Source: Lingula anatina
Taxonomy: Eukaryota; Animalia; Brachiopoda
Direction: 5' to 3'
Assembly: GCA_051362555.1 (NCBI GenBank)
Contig: CM120642.1
Span: 9,672,001 to 9,736,000 of the forward strand
DNA length: 64,000 nucleotides
Part shown: positions 13,301 to 25,124 of the stretch, in pieces
Position numbering within the stretch: position 1 is the stretch's first letter
Layout of the letters: each line of letters opens with the position of its first letter
Notes under the pieces: generated by a model
What the model saw: only the letters and a program-made list of their open reading frames with translations
Told to the model about the DNA's origin: nothing
Database searches by the model: none
Program-made: the position numbers and the translations under genes

Positions 13301-16266
13301 GACAAGTTGTTAAAAAGGAACTAGTGTAGTAAATAGTTGAAGTGACATAACCTCATATTATAATTGCCCTTAATTAAAATGCTGCAATGAGAATATATAG
13401 CAAATTCGAGGTAGACTTATATCATATTCCTCTTAGAATAACAATATGTATGAAAAAAAAAAAAAAAAACAGTGAAGTGGAGTGAAATGCTGCTAAGGCA
13501 ATTCATATAGTCATAGATTTTATGTGTTATGTACATATTTTGTATATTTCAGAAAACCCTCAACGGCAGAAAATGCAGATACTGCCTGACATGCCTCTGT
13601 ATTTTACTGGCAGAAAGCACGAAATCAGCCGTATCATGTCAAAATTAATTGAGGACGATAGTACAAACCGTTTTGTTGTTTTAAAGGGTGCAGGGGGGTT
13701 TGGAAAGACGACCATCGCAACTGCAGTTGGTCACCGGTTGAGAGATAACTACGGACTGAGAGTTGTCATGAGCAAATTGGAAAACATGGAAGCAGTAGAA
13801 GATGTTGCCATGAATCTGCTGTCTGATGTTGGAGAACCTCTCGTTGCATCTGATACCCAAACAGAGAATGTTCTAGTAAGCCGCATCTGTCACAAAATAC
13901 GAGATCATAATCAACCCATGCTGCTTATTCTGGACAGCTGTGAAAACGTCATGTCGAAGTCCGGGCCTAAGTTTAGGGAGTTTCTAGAAAAGATCTGCAA
14001 CTCCTGTCCCCTTCTTCTGCTTCTCTGTACAACTAGAGACTACATTTCTGAGAATGGTGTCACTCTCGAGGTTGGATGTCTACTCAAAGAAGATGCTATT
14101 CATTTACTTCAAGCAATTTGCAAAACCCTTACATATGATGAAGCAGCAAAAGTCGCTGAAAAGTGTGGGAACGTGGCGCTCGTGCTCAATGTCGTTGGCC
14201 AGCTTTTTAAAAATGACTACAACAGAGCAGAAATCATGGAAGGACTATCATCAGATGCTGGAGTTGATTTTGAATTCTTTAATTTCGGGGATTCTCGGCC
14301 ACATTTTAATATCTACAATTGTCTTAATGCATCTTTCACACGACTTCCGAAAAATCTACAAGATAACTTCTGCCTCCTTTCTCTATTTCCATCAAGTTTT
14401 TGTGTCCGACATGCAAAGACACTTCTAGGACTTTCCTCTGAAAATGAAGCCAGAAAGTCACTGCAAGTGCTTGAAGATAGATCTCTGATCAGTTGCGACC
14501 AGGTTGAAAAGCGTTATACAATGCACAAGCTGCTCCAGTCTTTTGCCTCTTACCAAGTGCAGAAAGTCAGAAATCAAGCTATGCAACATCATTTTCTGAT
14601 TGCGGCAATGCATGAGGACATCACTAACTTAAATGACAAACTGCAACGTGACAGCAGTAGGGAAGCATCCATATTTTACCACAGGGAAAGAGATCTCTTC
14701 TTGGAAGTAGTCAACGCATTCAGTCAACTTCCTAAATCGTCAGAGCAACGTGTTTTGTATCACAGCGATATCATGATTCTTGCAGATGCCATGACAGACA
14801 TCGGTGACTACAGACAAGGTCAACGTGCATTTGAAGCGTTACAAGATTTTGCTGGAGAGAACAGAAGTGTATTGAACCCCGCAATGATAAAATTCAAACT
14901 TGGCCGGCTCAGTGCCCTCTATCGAAACAGAGAAAGTGCTAAAACTAACCTGAATGAGGCATTAGTATTCTTTGAAACAGACTCAGTTTCAGAAAGTGAA
15001 AGCATCGCAGCAGAATGTTGGTATTGGTTGGCATTTACAGCTTTCGAGGAAAATGACAACGAATCATGCCAAACTCTGATTAAAAGGGCTTTGTTACACC
15101 TTGGAAATGAAAATAGCGATAAGTATGCTCAGTATCGGGTTATGCAAGCCGTGTCACTGTCTAAAGAAGGAAATAGCAAGGATGATGTTATAAAAATATT
15201 AGAAGAAGTGACTCCTTCATTCAGTGACATGAAAGCAAGTTACACCACCTGTCACACTATTCACGACGCAGCAGTAGCATATGACAACACAGGGAAATCA
15301 GAGGAGGCCTTAGCATTATATGAGACATGTTTGGAGATTGAGAAAAGAGTATTTCCTGAGCATCCAATAATGGCTGCCACTCTTGGCAACATGGCATCAA
15401 TATGTCAAAGACTAGGAGACACAGACAGTGCATTGATTAGATATAGGCAAGGATTACAGATACATCAGAAAGTCTTAGGTGACCATATTAACACCGCCAA
15501 TACTCTACATCAGACAGCATACACAATGCACCAGATGGGTGATGTGGACGGGGCACTGGACATGTACAGAAAAGCACTGGCTATGTTTGAGAAAGTTCTC
15601 AAAGACAAGCCTGATGCTAACATGGCCACTACCATCAACAACATTGGTGCGATCCTGGAGGAGAAGGGCGACATGAGGGGTGCACTAGAGTACCACAAGA
15701 GGGCGCTAGAAATAAGGAAAAGTGTGCTTGGAGATGAACATCAAGATACAGCAGCATCATTCCACAATTTAGCAAGTGCACAACTTAACTCAGAAGACAA
15801 TGACAATGCAGTGATATCATGTATACAAGCTCTACAGATACGGCAGAAGGTACTAGGAGACCACGTTCACACCGCCGCTACTCTAAATCAACTAGCATAC
15901 ACAATGCACCAGTTGGGTGATGTGGACGGGGCACTGGACGTGTCCAGACAAGCGCTGGCTATGTTTGAGAAAGTTCTCAAAGACAAGCCTGATGCTAACA
16001 TGGCCAATACTATCAGCAACATTGGTGTGATCCTGGAGGAGAAGGGTGACATGAGGGGTGCACTAGAGTACCACAAGTGGGCGCTAGAAATAAGGAAAAG
16101 TGTGCTTGGAGATGCACATCAGGATACAGCAAAATCAGTTAAGCGGGTAAAACTTGCACAGAGTCTACTTTTTGCACAATATGTGGTTCTGGAAATAATG
16201 GGGGAACTATTTAACCAAGTTCTCAGCTATTTATTTAACAAAGTTATCAGCTCTTCCTCTTCTTAA
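10365..16266 (+). CDS. CARD-NB-ARC(STAND)-TPR protein, Apaf-1/NLR-like, about 1011 aa, two coding exons
   Basis: Exon 1 (10365-10686) encodes a death-fold resembling CARD (LVTQLISAGVITPQQSKEIE...RIDKLLHFIL...FNKFISALE) and ends in phase 1. Exon 2 (13553-16266) follows tatttcag in phase 1, giving in-frame G|AA. It has Walker A GAGGFGKT, Walker B LLILDSCE, sensor-1 CTTR, winged helix ending RYTMHKLLQ, then 42-aa TPR repeats. Confidence 0.88.
10724..13069 (+). mobile_element. Decayed hAT-like DNA transposon with 7-bp TSD (hATw-like) in the CARD/NB-ARC intron
   Basis: TSD CATTATG at 10717-10723 and 13070-13076. Imperfect TIRs of about 130 bp (T(C/A)GGGGGGTCC...CAAAACCA..TAAAAAG...GCTGCTACTTG). 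An internal broken ORF at 11476-11766 contains PVHNLQMERQCGDTD, resembling the hAT C-terminal PxxNxxxER motif. Confidence 0.72.
11820..12535. mobile_element. Non-autonomous TIR element nested inside the hAT-like element
   Basis: The left end ccggtgtaacatgaaaatttgaccc and sub-repeat ccctatgaaattttgactccccc are mirrored on the right by gggggagtcaaaatttcatggggg...gagacac. It interrupts the transposase remnant. Confidence 0.6.
15481..16131 (+). repeat. Recent internal duplication of TPR-coding units (378-nt period = 3 x 42 aa)
   Basis: 15481-15753 and 15859-16131 align without gaps over 91 codons; by hand count, 14 codons differ non-synonymously and 6 synonymously. Confidence 0.95.
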
Positions 16267-16396
16267 ATGGTCTGATTAGTTGTTAAGTTGCTGTGGCTTG
16301 AATGAAGAATTCATATTTAACGACAAATTTGTCTTTTTTCACTTTTATAGTAAGCCCCAGTAGCACAGCGCAGTTGCCGAGGAATGTTAATGTTTA

Positions 16397-16427
<31 letters not shown>

Positions 16428-16775
16428 GGAACCTAGTGCATTAAGACAGTGTATGCATTTGTAAATAAAGAAAGCGATAAGGTGACATGCTAAAAGCATT
16501 TTAAATGTTTTTACATTTTAACCCCCTCCCCATTTTTAGTGATAAAGTTGATTTAGTTTATAATTATTCATTTAAAATATTCTATATCATAATTGCTATG
16601 CACATTGCTTTATTCGTATTCATAAGTATAAAGTATTTTTGCAATTTTGGTAATTTTTTTATGATATGATGTGCTGTAAATAGTTACAGAATCTATCTAG
16701 AGAAATTATCACATGTTATAAACACTCATTTGTCTTTTGAAACATGTTTTTATATCTTATGTAAGCGTACTGTTA

Positions 16776-17020
16776 GGCTTCGTTCACATGCAATGTCTAT
16801 TTTCTATTTTCTATTTTCGGTATGTCTTATGATCACGGTCTGTGCACTGAATATCCCGCAGCGTAATTACTGGCAGCGCGAGCCAGTTACTATAAGTTAC
16901 TATAAGTAACTGGCTCGCGCTGCCAGTAATTACGCGGCGGGATATTCAGTGCACAGACCGTGATCATAAGACATACCGAAAATAGAAAATAGAAAATAAA
17001 CATTGCATGTGAACGAAGCC
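16776..17020. mobile_element. PIF/Harbinger-type foldback MITE (near-perfect 245-bp palindrome)
   Basis: TTA|GGCTTCGTTCACATG...CATGTGAACGAAGCC|TTA; the arms are nearly identical up to a tiny central loop. Confidence 0.9.
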
Positions 17021-18660
17021 TTAAACTCGTTTAAAGATATACTGAATACGACAACCGCCAGGCCCGTATACAGATGTGTTGGTGGTTCAAAATTTTATCT
17101 GGATAATATAGTGTGCTATTTTTCACTTAAGGTCAACTGAAGGAATTAACAGGACACATTTTCAGGAAAAGAACTCGCTCTTTGAAATTGTTGGCAAAAA
17201 GCCTTATTATAGCAAGATTTGTTCATTATACAGACTTGACATTTTTAAATGACAGTGGAATATTTTAGTTTGAAAGTTATGTCTAGGTACAAATATGTAG
17301 TCAGGTGTGTCAATAACAATTAATTGACTGCCCTGTCTGAAGCACTGCTGCATAACGTAATGTGTGGTGATTTCTTTGGGTAGTACTTTTTTGGCAGGTC
17401 CAACTATGACTTTGGCAGAGCATGATTTTGTAAAGCAAACTCAATATTTCGGCAGCGCCTGCACAGAAGATTTAGAAATTTTACAAACGAGTAGTGGATG
17501 TTACAGTGCGTAAACTGGGTGAAGCAAGGTATTACAACATTGTTGTTCTGCGCCAGGATGGCGCACAACAGATAGCCATTGACATAGAGATTATTGTGTC
17601 ACAAGGAACACTCCACACAGGTACACAGGTAGGAAAAATCAAAGAAAAGTTGATTGAAATTCAAGTAGGGGAAAATCAAAGGAAAATGATTTGGAAAAAA
17701 ATAGTCCATGTCAAGTCTGCAGATTGGTGTGTAGGGAGAATGAGGTGGTTTCTGACATAGACAATTTACATGCTTGTAAGTGTTTATAAATTCATAGATT
17801 AAGATCTAGAAAGATTAATCAAATGGTTATGCATATTTTGCATATTTTATTGCCTTGTAAAAATAGGCCAAATTAATTTTCTTTACAATTGCACAGATGT
17901 GATTTATCACTACAATGAAGTGAAAAGGCTGATTATTTTATTCATTTTTCTATAATTGGGTGAAATCCACCTTTTTTTTACCTATATAGTATTCCAAAGT
18001 GACCTCTATGTAATGAGACTGCATGCATTTAATCCATTCTTTGAACCCAAACAATTTTAATTGATTTAATAAAAAGAATTATAGGATGAACAACGGTAGT
18101 GGTGGGATCATTTCAACCAAGAATAATTATCAATTTTTCGGGTACATATAATCTTGGGATCACGACAAATACATTTTTATGTTACATTTTGGTGGGTTTA
18201 CTCTATAGAATAGAACTATAAGGTAGTCTGTTTATTACCACTTAATGGGAATGTTTTAAGATTTATTAATTAAAAAAAGTATATGTAAATTCAACATTTC
18301 CTGAGTCATTACCACAAGTGTACGGAATGTGTTGTTTTGGCACGACAAACTGTGATGAACGTTTTAAACTGACGTTTTAAACTAATCTTTGTTATTTACG
18401 TACCATCATTCTTTCGAATCCTAAATGCAGAAATAAAAAAATCGTACGTTAATTATTACCATGCGTTTGAAGTACATATCTCGCTGAAGCCGAATAAACT
18501 CCTTTGTCTGTTACAATATTACTTGCATATGCATGGATATGTTATTTTGCATGGATATGTTATTTTGGTAGAACTTGCGTAGGCCTACTGATTGATATCA
18601 AGATCATTTGGGGTGGGGGGGGGGGGGCATAGGGAAGTTTGGCGAAGACAAACGATGTTT

Positions 18661-18855
18661 TTCGAACACTATATCTGTGTTTGTCCTTTACTTATCCTTT
18701 CGCTTGGGTTAATGAGGAGACATAAAGGTCAATTAATCAGTCAAGTTATATTTTAATAAAAGCGGCCGCTACCGGCCAAATTTCGAACACTATACCGTTG
18801 TATCTGTGTTTGTCCTTTACTTATCCTTTCGTTTGGATTAATGAGGCGACATAAA
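18661..18855. repeat. Two diverged direct copies of an approximately 65-75-bp unit
   Basis: ttcgaacactata...tctgtgtttgtcctttacttatcctttcg.ttgg.ttaatgagg.gacataaa occurs at 18661-18726 and 18782-18855. Confidence 0.85.
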
Positions 18856-19787
18856 TTCCGTATTAGACTATAACAGATTTTATCTATGAGTAGTAACAGG
18901 GCATCTTATTAGCTCTTATTATTTTTTCTCCCTTTGGAGAGCATAAAAGATGTCGGATGTGAAGAACATATTTTTATAACCCGAAGTTTCTTTCTTTCTT
19001 TCTTTCTTTCTTTCTTTATTTATTTATTCGATGTTCTCGACTCTTACTTAAGAAAGTTTTACATGCAAGAATTCAATAAAGCGTTTGGGGACATGGGATG
19101 GTTTGTCGAACATCGAGTAAATATTTTCATCAAAAACCAAAAGTTTTCTATCTAAATTATTAGTATTATTATACTTTTGTTACTGTTTTATTCCCTTATT
19201 CTCTCATTTAACTCTATATTAAGATTTGCTGTTTGCATTATTTTTGTTCTTTCCCATGAAAAAAAATTGTAAATAAAATATATCTACACCGCTTGGACAC
19301 TATTGCCTCTGTGCCTCACTTGTTTACCTTGGGTATGTATATTTAGATTTGTTTACAAAACCGTAAAGAGCACTGTAAACCGCAGTTTAAATCGATACGC
19401 TTCCCGCGGGGTCGCTGGCTTTGTTAAAAACCAAGGTGTTGACTGTGTTATTGACCCGTGGTGTAGAGACAGGCGTTGTGAAATTGGGGCAGACCAGGTA
19501 AGCTGCAATTCAAGGCACTCTTTGTCGTCACCATTGACTTGTCAGTCAACTAAAAAAAATATAGTTGACGACCAGGGTATCATTATTTTTACCCGCCTTA
19601 CATTGAGGTGTATGCAATTTGCGCGTTCCTATTAGAAGAGGTACGATCGAAGGTAAGTACCACAGAGTCGTGGTTGTTGTGTTTAAGATGAAAATTGTAG
19701 ATATCTTAGTGTTAGAGATAACGATGCGTCATGTAAGATTGTTTGATTTTGGAAGATGGACATATTATCACGCACATGCATATTGTC

Positions 19788-19898
19788 TACCCTCTACCCG
19801 GGCCACAGGATATTCACAGATATGTCTTTTTATAAGTAGTCGGTCATTTTGCTATCTCTGGCCTTTCTCTATATAATCTGCCACCCTGGTAGAGGGTA
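19788..19898. mobile_element. Small TA-bounded inverted-repeat element
   Basis: taccctctacccgggccacag pairs with ctgccaccctggtagagggta; a similar end (ctgtagccctggtagaggata) recurs near 56635-56655. Confidence 0.5.
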
Positions 19899-20504
19899 TG
19901 CTACATATTGTCGGACAAGGAGATTTAGTAAATTCTTAAAAGTGGGATGAAAGAACACGGCCACGCCTTTCGGGTTCTTTCTTGTTTGTATATTCCTGCT
20001 CTTGCTGAGTCTCTTTAATGAGATATATGATTAAGAAATCGCTTGGACTTTTACGAGGCTGATCTTTATTTCGCAAGGTGCTATGTACATCGTTTACTAG
20101 AAACACGCTGCTAGATATATGTAGTTTTTGAGGTCTTATAAAGTAACAGGATGGTGGCGTCCAAAACCCGTTAACAAATTTTAATAAACACTCACACAGT
20201 CATATAACCCCACCAAACCTACGACCCGCCACATCAAGTACATGTAGAAGGCTAGCTACTTGGCTAGCTATTTGTACAGCTTAAATTGGGTTTTTAACCG
20301 AACTGCTTTTGACGTTTTGAAGTGCTTTGAATAAAACATGTGTATTTTCCAGTCAGAAACTGCTCAGTATTGTATAAATCCCGAGGTATACGTTTAAAAT
20401 GCATAATTAAGTATTGGAGACATGCATAAGTAAGAGCTATACTGAAGATGTTAACACAAAGGCTCACTGGCGACTGATCAAACCCGCAGTGTTATTTATT
20501 CCTA

Positions 20505-20822
20505 TAGGCCTACCTAACTACCAGATTCGGCACCGTATGAGCCCGAATTCACCGGCAGGTCGGACCACACTGCCCGTTTTCAAGGTCTGCGTCAGGACGC
20601 ATTTCACAGTATCATATCCCGAACAAATTTTATGGGTGATGCAGTACTCTCCAACCCCGCTGAGAATCATCGCTATCACAGATCGCGTAGTAGGCAAGAG
20701 CGGTGTCGCGTCTGATACTTCGAAGCGCGTACTGATACACTCCTTAAAAACGGACATTGTGGTCCGATCTACCGGTGAATTCAGGATCATTCGGTGCCGA
20801 ATCTGGTAGTTGGGTAGGCCTA
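20505..20822. mobile_element. MITE, AGGCCTACCCAACTACCAG family (copy 1)
   Basis: TIRs taggcctacctaactaccagattcggcaccg and cggtgccgaatctggtagttgggtaggccta; same family as 30061-30610. Confidence 0.88.
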
Positions 20823-22428
20823 TACTGTACACAAAGCACACAAAAATATATTAAGCAACTTTTTACAGTAAGAAAAAATTGCGACCAGTTACGACAAATT
20901 TACTAGAGACCTTTAAATCAACAAAACAAAACTGAAGCTGATCTTTACTTTAACCATGGAGTTATAACAGTTACAACTCCTTGCTTTAACGAGATGAAAC
21001 CATAATTGAATTTACGCAATCGTTTTTACTATTGAAATCATCAAACTTTAAAACTTGATTACAGATCTCTTTTATGAAAACAAGATACAGGTAATTAATA
21101 ATTCTATCAAATTTGATATAATCTGATTGAAAATAAGAAATAAATTAAGTGTAATTTGGCCATGTTAATACGCTCACAATTGAATAAATAAATTGTCGCT
21201 GGTGATACTAGTCGATTACGATTGAACTGGAAGAGAAATGTTTTCAGGACGAAATGCGACTGCGGCCAAAGATGGTTGTCGCGTTCACGGTGTCACCTGT
21301 GCTTGACACTACATCCAGTTTATTTCAGTGTTATTGAGGTCATATCGCTAGCGCTTTCTATGCCAATGGAATCAAACGACGGTTCATAGTCAGCCTTAAA
21401 GCAACATAAAACATAAACAGGTTTTGTTATTATTTCTGCCAGGATATAATATCAAGGCTGCATACAAACGAGTAAGTGAGTACTTAATGACAGCCTCGCC
21501 TTCCTTAGACTCGGGGCGGAAAGTGTTGTTTTCTATGTTCAAACTATTGTGGAGTAAGGAGTGTATTTCAGCAAGAACGTAAATTGTCTTCAACGTCCTT
21601 GATTTCAGATAGGTACAAACATAACTGGTTTTAAGATGACCTCTAATGTTAACCTTTCTGCCCCCCCCCTTTTATATGCAAAATACGGATACCCACCATT
21701 ACTTCTAAAAATAAACTGGGTGACCAAATGTTTGTTTATTCTATAACATATGCAGCAATAATCTTGGTTTGCAAAGAGTGCTGCAGTTGTCCAAATTACG
21801 TATATTTTTAAACTTTGAACTATGAGACTGAAAAAAACGGCACAAAATTTTTTATCTGAGAAGTACTTGTATTTTTATATACAGATTTATTTTGAAGGCT
21901 TTGTATTGAAGTTAAAATTGACATCAAAGAGCGGAGTAAACACGTACAAAGTACTCTGAATGCACGCTACACTCCATCCACATTCAAAACTTTGCTGTAC
22001 GGCTATTGAAATTTCTCGCTGAATGCATCAAATTTTGGGCTGTATTTAGAAAAGAAAACTTCACAGGTTCAAGTGCTGTTTTAGTGCTGTATCATTATAT
22101 TATTAATATCTAATATTTCATCTATCTATCTCGCCCAAATCTTCGGACATGGTTCACTATAAAATTACCCACGATAACCCAATGGCATATATGCACAAAT
22201 AAATGTTCATGGCATTTTACAGGGTAAAATAACCATTCACAACAATCTATTTCTTCCGCTCTTACCTCGCATCTCACCGACTGCAACTGACGCACGAGCA
22301 ACTCCCTTGCAAAACTTCGATTAAAAAATCCAGTTTTTCCTCTAATTGGACTTTACTTTGTCATTTATATTAAGGATGTCATCTTTGATAGTTTTAACCT
22401 TTTTTTTCAGTTTCAGAAGAAAACAATA

Positions 22429-24542
22429 ATGATCGCCTTTGCCGTTGTCCTAATTGCCTCGGTTGCAATAGCAACCTCTACTACGGTGGGGAAGCTAGCG
22501 GAGGTGAATGCCGACTTCGGTTTTCGTATGTACAACCAAATCAAATCCAGCCAAGGTGTGACTGACATCTTCTTCTCGCCCATCAGTATTTCCACGGCCC
22601 TGGGGATGCTGCGACTTGGCGCCAAAAATTCCACCTTGGAACAAATATCGACCTCGATGAAGTTTAACACTTTGGGCAACAACCAAAACCAACTTTTTAA
22701 AGACTTGAATGACATGTTGTACAACACAAGCAACAACTACACATTGAAGTCGGCCAATAAAGTCTTTGCAGACCAAAGATTCGCCGTCAGGGACACATTC
22801 TTAAATGGAACCAGGGACTACTTCGGGGCGGAGTTAGAAAAGCTGGATTTTCAGGGGAACCCAGAGGCAGCACGAACGCGTATCAACCAGTGGGTTGAGG
22901 AGAAGACAGAAGATAAAATCGAAGACCTGATGTCGCCGAGTAGCATCACTCAGCAAACTGTCATGGTATTGGCTAACGCCATCTACTTCAAGGGACTGTG
23001 GACTCAGAAGTTTGATCGCCAACTTACGTCCAATGCAACCTTTAGAGATGGACAATATGAGGTGAGATTGGGGAGCGTTTTAGTATCAAGAAAATAGCAA
23101 ATGACACGATGATAATGGAAAAAGAAAATAGTCGAATTCAAACGGCGCGAATAATTTATGAAAAAAGGTAACATCAGCGCAATGAGACGCTATATATGAA
23201 TAATATAGCACTACACACCAGGTCTTATTACTCCTGGACCAATAAAACATGTAGTGGGATAGAAAACTGATGATCATATTTTCAGTCAATTGTTTGGACT
23301 GATATTTCTTCAGGTTTTGAAAATTTATGCCTTCTAGTAAATTGCAGTAAAGGCAATTGTTATCGTTTATAAGTTATAAATATAGAAACGTCAGTATGTA
23401 CAACATACAACAAATAACCAAGCATAATAATTTACATCATAAAGTATATAAAAAAATAATTTTAAAAATTTCAGTTCACTGTGCCAATGATGACACTGAC
23501 CGACAAAAGATTCAATTACGCAGAAAGTTCCTCATTGAAGTGCCAAATCTTGGAGCTACCCTACGCAGGAAGCGTAAGCATGTTTATCCTTCTTCCGACG
23601 AACACGAGTGGGCTTGACCAACTCGAGAATCAGATCAACGTGGTGAGCCTGAACAGCTTGATCGGGGAAATGATGTCCAAAAAGGTGAACATTTTCATCC
23701 CAAGGTTTGAGCTGAAGGACTTGAAGTTGAATCTGGCGGACTATCTGAAGGCGCTTGGGATGACCCGTATGTTCACTGATACGGCTGACTTGAGCGGTAT
23801 TGGTGGAAACCCTGGAGATCTGTATGTATCGTCTGCCGTGCACAAAGCGTTCATTAAAGTAGATGAAGAAGGTATGTCGAACATTATAGGTTTCTTAATC
23901 TTATTTTAATGGACGATTCCCATATAAATCAACGTTCTTAGTATTTCATTAAAAAAAATGGAGAGATGTTTTATCGGGCGTCAAGGGGGGGGTACGAGGG
24001 TTCGTCACCTTAGCATATCTCTGAAAACACATTTAGTTTAATGACTTTAGTGGCAGAGCGAGGAGATCGCGCGTATGTTTTAAATCTTTCAAAGTGAAAA
24101 AATTGATAAAAGCAGTAAGAATGCCTATATTATTCTAATCAAAACTATAATTTTGTGCACTTAACAATGATTATTTTTGTTATGAAAAATGCTATATTCA
24201 ATCTGAATTTACCGGTTCGCAGGGACCGAGGCTGCGGCCGCCACCGGAATAGGAATAAGTATCACGAGCGTGAACACCGACCCAATTCCCGTCTTCAGAG
24301 CCAACCGCCCGTTCATGTTTCTCATTCGTGACAAGAGTTCTGGGACTATACTGTTCATCGGGAGATTGAAGAAGACCCCAGCAAGCACCTCAACAACGGC
24401 TCAACCAACTAGCACCCCAACCACGGCTCAACCAACTGTGGGAAGTGGGGCTGGGGCTTTCATAAATGACAAGAACCAAGCCCTTTTCTTCGTCACAGCC
24501 GCCGTTTACCTGCTTGCAAGTTATTGGCCATTCCAGAAATAA
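22429..24542 (+). CDS. Inhibitory-type serpin with signal peptide, Ser/Thr-rich stalk and C-terminal GPI/TM-like tail, about 449 aa
   Basis: Exons 22429-23061 (phase 0), 23475-23871 (phase 1) and 24223-24542. Motifs IFFSPISISTALGML, LANAIYFKGLW, HKAFIKVDEEGTEAAAAT (intact hinge) and FRANRPFMFLIRD. Counting from the hinge gives P1-P1' Thr-Ser. Confidence 0.95.
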
Positions 24543-25124
24543 AACTACATGTATTTGACGCACAGCAGCTTCCAAGCTTTTTTCTAGATTTTCAAATCTT
24601 TATAAGCTTTAAATGTTGCTAACAAAATTCTTTGGATATGCAAAACATTTGTGTTATAAATAATCTCTATAATATATCCTCAGACAAAAAATTTATTATG
24701 TTATATGCATGGAGTCTAGTTACCAAATCAGGTGATTCAGGCAGTGGTCTACATATTATACATATTTGATCTTTTCGGATTGAAAAAAGTACGAGCGAAA
24801 TATACAAAATATAATATAACAATTTTATTAATCAGCTTTTTATATTTGCTGCACCTGAGCTTTATTTGGTATTGTGTTGTATAACAAGGGATTGTAAGTG
24901 ATTAGAACAACAAGAAATAAGAAGCAATGCTGACACATTTTAATCAATATATCCATTGTTTATATAATCACTTTGATTTAGTTATGACTTTGGTTTCAGA
25001 AGGATCAAACAAGACTGGTCTCCTTGTCAAAATAAAATATCGGTGTTTTAAGGACCAACTTCTCTATAAAATTTTAAAAATACTATTAAGTGACATTCAG
25101 AAAGTTTCTCTGGGAATAGCTTGC

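Noticed and set aside
14054-16076. Alternative-frame and antisense ORFs in the NB-ARC-TPR exon (two near-identical 62-aa minus ORFs)
   Set aside because: Shadows of the main CDS and its 378-nt duplication.
18661-18855. Repeat-spacer-repeat pattern resembling CRISPR
   Set aside because: Only two long diverged copies, a eukaryotic context and no cas genes; it is a local duplication.
20414-20841. Overlapping ORFs of 131 aa (+) and 107 aa (-) with similar sequences
   Set aside because: Artefact of the palindromic MITE at 20505-20822.
22413-23843. Several antisense ORFs over the serpin
   Set aside because: Expected shadows of GC-richer coding exons; no recognisable motifs.
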